A DNA stretch of 63,912 nucleotides, filler included, from Lenisia limosa (Eukaryota > Protista > Breviatea), in NCBI GenBank assembly GCA_001655205.1. It is 9 parts of 9 records of this genome, joined end to end, with 100 filler letters (N's around TTAATTAATTAA, not from the genome) between each part and the next. Parts side by side here need not be neighbours in the genome. Positions count along the whole stretch, not along the records: positions 62,029 to 63,912 come from LPNZ01007155.1; 8 more parts are not named here. One strand, given 5' to 3'. Below the pieces are notes generated by a model. The model did no database searches, was not told the DNA's origin, and worked only from the letters and a program-made list of their open reading frames with translations. This document shows, piece after piece, positions 62,157-63,912 of the stretch; the first letter of the stretch is position 1; each line of letters begins with the position of its first letter. Both the position numbers and the translations under genes were made by a program.

Positions 62157-63470
62157 AGATTGCAACCTTCAACTACGACAACAAATTATCAACCAACTAC
62201 GCCTGGTGGGACGTCTTCAAGAATCTGAATGTAGGAATCTGGGAAATGGTAGCGCGGCTGAACAATATGAATACTGCAAGGTAAGGGAGGTACAGTATAC
62301 TTCTTGATTTGGTATTTAACTCACCCCAATTGAAAAATATATACACATTTTTTTTCTTGAGACTTCTTGCCCCTCTTTATACCACGCATCCCCCCACCCC
62401 AGTTGTTTTCAACCCTCNNNNNNNNNNNNNNNNNNNNNNNNNNNNNNNNNNNNNNNNNNNNNNNNNNNNNNNNNNNNNNNNNNNNNNNNNNNNNNNNNNN
62501 NNNNNNNNNNNNNNNNNNNNNNNNNNNNNNNNNNNNNNNNNNNNNNNNNNNNNNNNNNNNNNNNNNNNNNNNNNNNNNNNNNNNNNNNNNNNNNNNNNNN
62601 NNNNNNNNNNNNCCTTCATGCTTCTCAACGGCTCAGTGTCAATGACCATACTGAAGGTATGCTGGGGGAGGGGGAGGCACGCAGAATGAAACATGTATTA
62701 TATGATATATAGCATGAAGATGGACGGGGTATATAATCCATACGTATGATATATTATATTATGTATAAATCATACTACTACTACGTATGGATTATCACAA
62801 GTCATTAATTCAGTATGTTCCAAGAGAAGACCTCTTAAAAATAGATCTATTCATACCATATTCTCACCAATCAGGGCGCAGATTTTGAGAATCAAACTCC
62901 TCGCTCCATTTTATTCTATCGCCTCGTGTTTGCCAGGTATGGGGTGTTTGCCCCCCCCCCCCCNNNNNNNNNNNNNNNNNNNNNNNNNNNNNNNNNNNNN
63001 NNNNNNNNNNNNNNNNNNNNNNNNNNNNNNNNNNNNNNNNNNNNNNNNNNNNNNNNNNNNNNNNNNNNNNNNNNNNNNNNNNNNNNNNNNNNNNNNNNNN
63101 NNNNNNNNNNNNNNNNNNNNNNNNNNNNNNNNNNGAATCTAGGGTTTTGCTTTCCTGTGAGCATTTGGATGAAGTTCGCAATATCTTCGGCAAAATGGCC
63201 AACCTCAAGGGAGGTAAGCCAACATTAAGGGATTTCTTGATTGTTGTCGAATGTTGGGGGGTCAACAGAGTGTTATTATTTCTACTTACGCTGGAGTGAT
63301 GGGATGCNNNNNNNNNNNNNNNNNNNNNNNNNNNNNNNNNNNNNNNNNNNNNNNNNNNNNNNNNNNNNNNNNNNNNNNNNNNNNNNNNNNNNNNNNNNNN
63401 NNNNNNNNNNNNNNNNTGACGACGTCCCTCTTCGTAAGCAGCCTAAGCTCTTGGCATGTTCCGGGTCATT
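62157..63470 (+). CDS. Fragmentary multi-exon hypothetical protein
   Basis: GT-AG-bounded exons such as GADFENQTPRSILFYRLVFAR / VLLSCEHLDEVRNIFGKMANLKG, interrupted by gaps. Confidence 0.4.
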
Positions 63471-63912
63471 TTTTTCACATTCAAGTGTTCACGTAATAAT
63501 ACCACTGTCTGGCTAAAGAGGTTATAAATGAGTCTCAATCAATTAAGTAGTTTTTGTAAGCTTAAGCTAAAACATTTTATGGGGGATTTCACCACTCAAC
63601 AACCTTAATGGGTCTAACTTAGTCTCCTACAAAGAATTCTAATGACGGCGTTTGAATAACGTGAGAAATTGACTTAGCATTGTAGTAATTCTATTGACAG
63701 TTCACCCCCTGTCTGAAGACAGCTTTTCTTGTTTAGTATCGTGTTAGCCAATAAGGAGACCTCTATTACGGCTTAAGCCATAGTATCCGGTAAAATATCT
63801 ATCGGGGATTTTTTTCAGAAATGGCCTCTATGACGGTTTTAGCTAACAAGACTACGGCCTCAGGAGAGACATTAGCCAGACTGGTCAAAACAGCTACGTT
63901 AAGCCTCGATAT

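Overview
Eukaryotic, AT-rich, intron-dense genomic DNA using the standard code, probably from a flagellated protist (ARL6/BBS3 and an axonemal dynein intermediate-chain fragment are present). The window is not one contiguous locus. Eight 100-bp spacers (44N-TTAATTAATTAA-44N) join nine contigs, and there are many further N gaps, often at G/C homopolymers. Genes I spliced by eye: complete ARL6; 5' half of MCM2; a WD40 protein; a DNAI4/WDR78-like C-terminus; an ICMT/PEMT-family methyltransferase; an ankyrin protein; a YEATS protein; a fibrinogen-like protein; a sushi-domain protein; a tandem PstS-domain protein; several unknown genes; tRNA-Thr(UGU). Transposon relics: DIRS (RT/RNaseH/tyrosine recombinase), PIF/Harbinger, hAT and two LINEs. 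Introns are filled with several MITE families. The most unusual signals are: (i) an unclassified ~170-bp intronic repeat lacking clear TIRs, with a c(UUCG)g hairpin and strong host-strand bias; (ii) a 5'-truncated LINE about 60 bp upstream of the tRNA, resembling Dictyostelium TRE5 targeting; (iii) G-tract 5' splice sites; (iv) recurrent duplications of splice junctions. Exon coordinates for unknown genes are approximate, and no database searches were run.
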